DNA from: an uncultured bacterium
GTDB taxonomy: Bacteria; Krumholzibacteriota; Krumholzibacteriia; LZORAL124-64-63
Direction of reading: 5' to 3'
Length of the DNA: 64,000 bases
Assembly (NCBI GenBank): GCA_963727525.1
Contig: CAVSGO010000003.1
Coordinates: forward strand, 352,001-416,000
How positions within the stretch are numbered: position 1 is the first letter of the stretch; every line of letters starts with the position of its first letter. The position numbers and the translations under genes were made by a program. This document shows, one piece after another, positions 62,589 to 64,000 of the stretch. The notes beneath the pieces were generated by a model that worked only from the letters and a program-made list of their open reading frames with translations, searched no databases and was not told the DNA's origin.

Positions 62589-62638
62589 GCGCTGATTATA
62601 GGGAGGCCCCCCGCCGACGCAACCGAAAACGAGGGTTC

Positions 62639-63574
62639 ATGCCCAAGGGGTTCCCACCCAGGCAATCCGCACCTTCCCGACGCCGGACCTGGCTCCTCGT
62701 CCGTATCGCCATCTATCTCGTGGTCGTGGCCGTCCTCTTCTCCGTGAGAGGTCACGTGTCGTGGCGGCGCTTCCTTCACCTGGTGCAGACGCCGTCGACG
62801 AACAGCCTCACGGTGATCGGCCGTTCCCTCGCTCCGGATCTCGTCGACCGCCTCGTGCTCTCGTACCGCAGCAGCTATCCCGGGGTCACCATCCGGATCC
62901 AGACCGGCGGCTCGAACCGGGCACTCGAGGCCGTGGCCAACGGCGAGGCCGACGTGGCCTTCCTGTCGCGGCCCGTCACGGCCGACGAGCAGACATACCT
63001 GCGCAGCGTGAAGAACGACACCGTGGTGGCGGTGCCCATAGCCGTCGAGGCGATCGAGCTGCTCGTCGGTGCAGCCTGTGACACGGCGCCGGTCACGGTG
63101 GACGCGGTGCGCGCGATCGTCGTTGCGGGTTCCCGCACCGTGTACCTGCCTGATCCCAACGAGGGGCTCTGGGACGCACTGCGCGCGCGGCTCGACCTTG
63201 CCGAACCCGACCCGCCGGCGGGATCGCCGGTGGTGTTCCTGGCCGATGAGGCCGCGGTCGTGGGCGCCGTGGTCGCCGATTCCACGGCCTGGGGCTTCGT
63301 CAGTGCGCTCGCCAGCGATCCGGGGGACCTCACGCGCCTGCGCGTGGGACCCGCCGCGGCCGCGCCGACCTATACGGCCGTGGCCACCGGCGACTACCCG
63401 CTGTACCAGCGGCTCTACGCCGTATGCCTCGCTGACGGCAGCATCGAGGCGCGCAAGTTCGTCACCCACCTGGCCAGCCCGCGCGGCCTGCGCCAGGTGG
63501 AGCGCGCCGGCGTCGTGCCGGCGGCCCAGACTGCGCGCACGATCATCCTGACCCGCGAACCGGTGGGGCACTGA
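62639..63574 (+). CDS. PstS-like (PBP domain) substrate-binding protein, membrane anchored
   Basis: N-terminal TM; YPGVTIRIQTGGSNRAL..GEADVAFLSR; GDYPLYQRLY. Confidence 0.75.
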   Translation: MPKGFPPRQSAPSRRRTWLLVRIAIYLVVVAVLFSVRGHVSWRRFLHLVQTPSTNSLTVIGRSLAPDLVDRLVLSYRSSYPGVTIRIQTGGSNRALEAVANGEADVAFLSRPVTADEQTYLRSVKNDTVVAVPIAVEAIELLVGAACDTAPVTVDAVRAIVVAGSRTVYLPDPNEGLWDALRARLDLAEPDPPAGSPVVFLADEAAVVGAVVADSTAWGFVSALASDPGDLTRLRVGPAAAAPTYTAVATGDYPLYQRLYAVCLADGSIEARKFVTHLASPRGLRQVERAGVVPAAQTARTIILTREPVGH

Positions 63575-63575
63575 T

Positions 63576-64000
63576 ATGACCATGTTCCGCAGCATCGTTC
63601 TCATTGCCGTGTTCATCGTGGTGTTCGGCGTCGGCCTCGCCAGGGCGGCCGACCACCCCGCCTACACCATGGATACGGATCCCATCCGCCTGGGCAACCA
63701 GGCCTTCGCGGCCGGCCAGCTCGATGAGGCGCGTGCCCGCTACCAGGAAGCCATCGCCGCCGACTACCACCTCGACGCGGCCCACCTCGGCCTGGCCTGG
63801 GTGCAGGCGCGACTCGGAAAGTATCAGGCCGCTCTGGCGGACTACCAGCAGGCGCTGGCGGCTGGCGGTGCGCAGCCCGAAGCCCACGCGGGAATGGGAC
63901 TCATCCTGCTGCGCCTGGGCGACAGCGCCCGCGCGCGCGAACAGTTCGAAAAGGCGCTCGCCGTCGACAAGAAGCTGTTCGCCGCCCACTACGGTCTGGC
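63576..64000 (+). CDS. Exported TPR-repeat protein, 3' end runs off the window
   Basis: Not in the ORF track. Manual translation: signal peptide then LGNQAFAAGQLDEARARYQEAI / AHLGLAWVQARLGKYQAALADYQQAL / AHAGMGLILLRLG. Confidence 0.85.
   Translation, partial: MTMFRSIVLIAVFIVVFGVGLARAADHPAYTMDTDPIRLGNQAFAAGQLDEARARYQEAIAADYHLDAAHLGLAWVQARLGKYQAALADYQQALAAGGAQPEAHAGMGLILLRLGDSARAREQFEKALAVDKKLFAAHYGL

Noticed and set aside
1-64000. CRISPR array, tRNA or rRNA
   Set aside because: No regularly spaced repeats or recognisable structural RNA found by eye; tRNAscan, Infernal and a CRISPR finder would settle it

Overview
High-GC bacterial chromosome segment. Several FlgD/T9SS-like C-terminal domains, a PorV-like barrel and a C-terminal TWGSVKSLF motif suggest an FCB-superphylum candidate lineage such as Krumholzibacteriota, Eisenbacteria or Latescibacterota (inference). 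Contents in order: part of an exopolysaccharide locus (GT4, a BY-kinase lacking the Walker A Lys, a polysaccharide copolymerase, a Wzy/WaaL-like protein); pncB-nrtR with a perfect NrtR-type operator; a lipid-linked glycosylation cassette (flippase-like, GT2, GT39/ArnT); a two-adaptor MacB/TolC efflux operon with no ATPase; lineage-type secreted proteins; a hipBA module with an AT-rich operator region. Next is a LacI-controlled, SusD-less PUL-like locus predicted to act on beta-1,2-glucan (CBM9-like, TonB receptor, large Ca-motif protein, PorV-like, GH144-CTD, TWG-motif protein, GH94, GH1). Its 29.4-38.1 kb part has about 15 indels and one in-frame TAG, probably local sequencing error. After it come pirin, an M16 peptidase pair, a DEAD-box helicase, a Met gamma-lyase-like enzyme, a second GH144 + sugar ABC + discoidin/six-hairpin operon, and PstS-like and TPR genes. 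No rRNA, tRNA, CRISPR or IS element was seen. All family calls come from motif recognition by eye; no searches were run.
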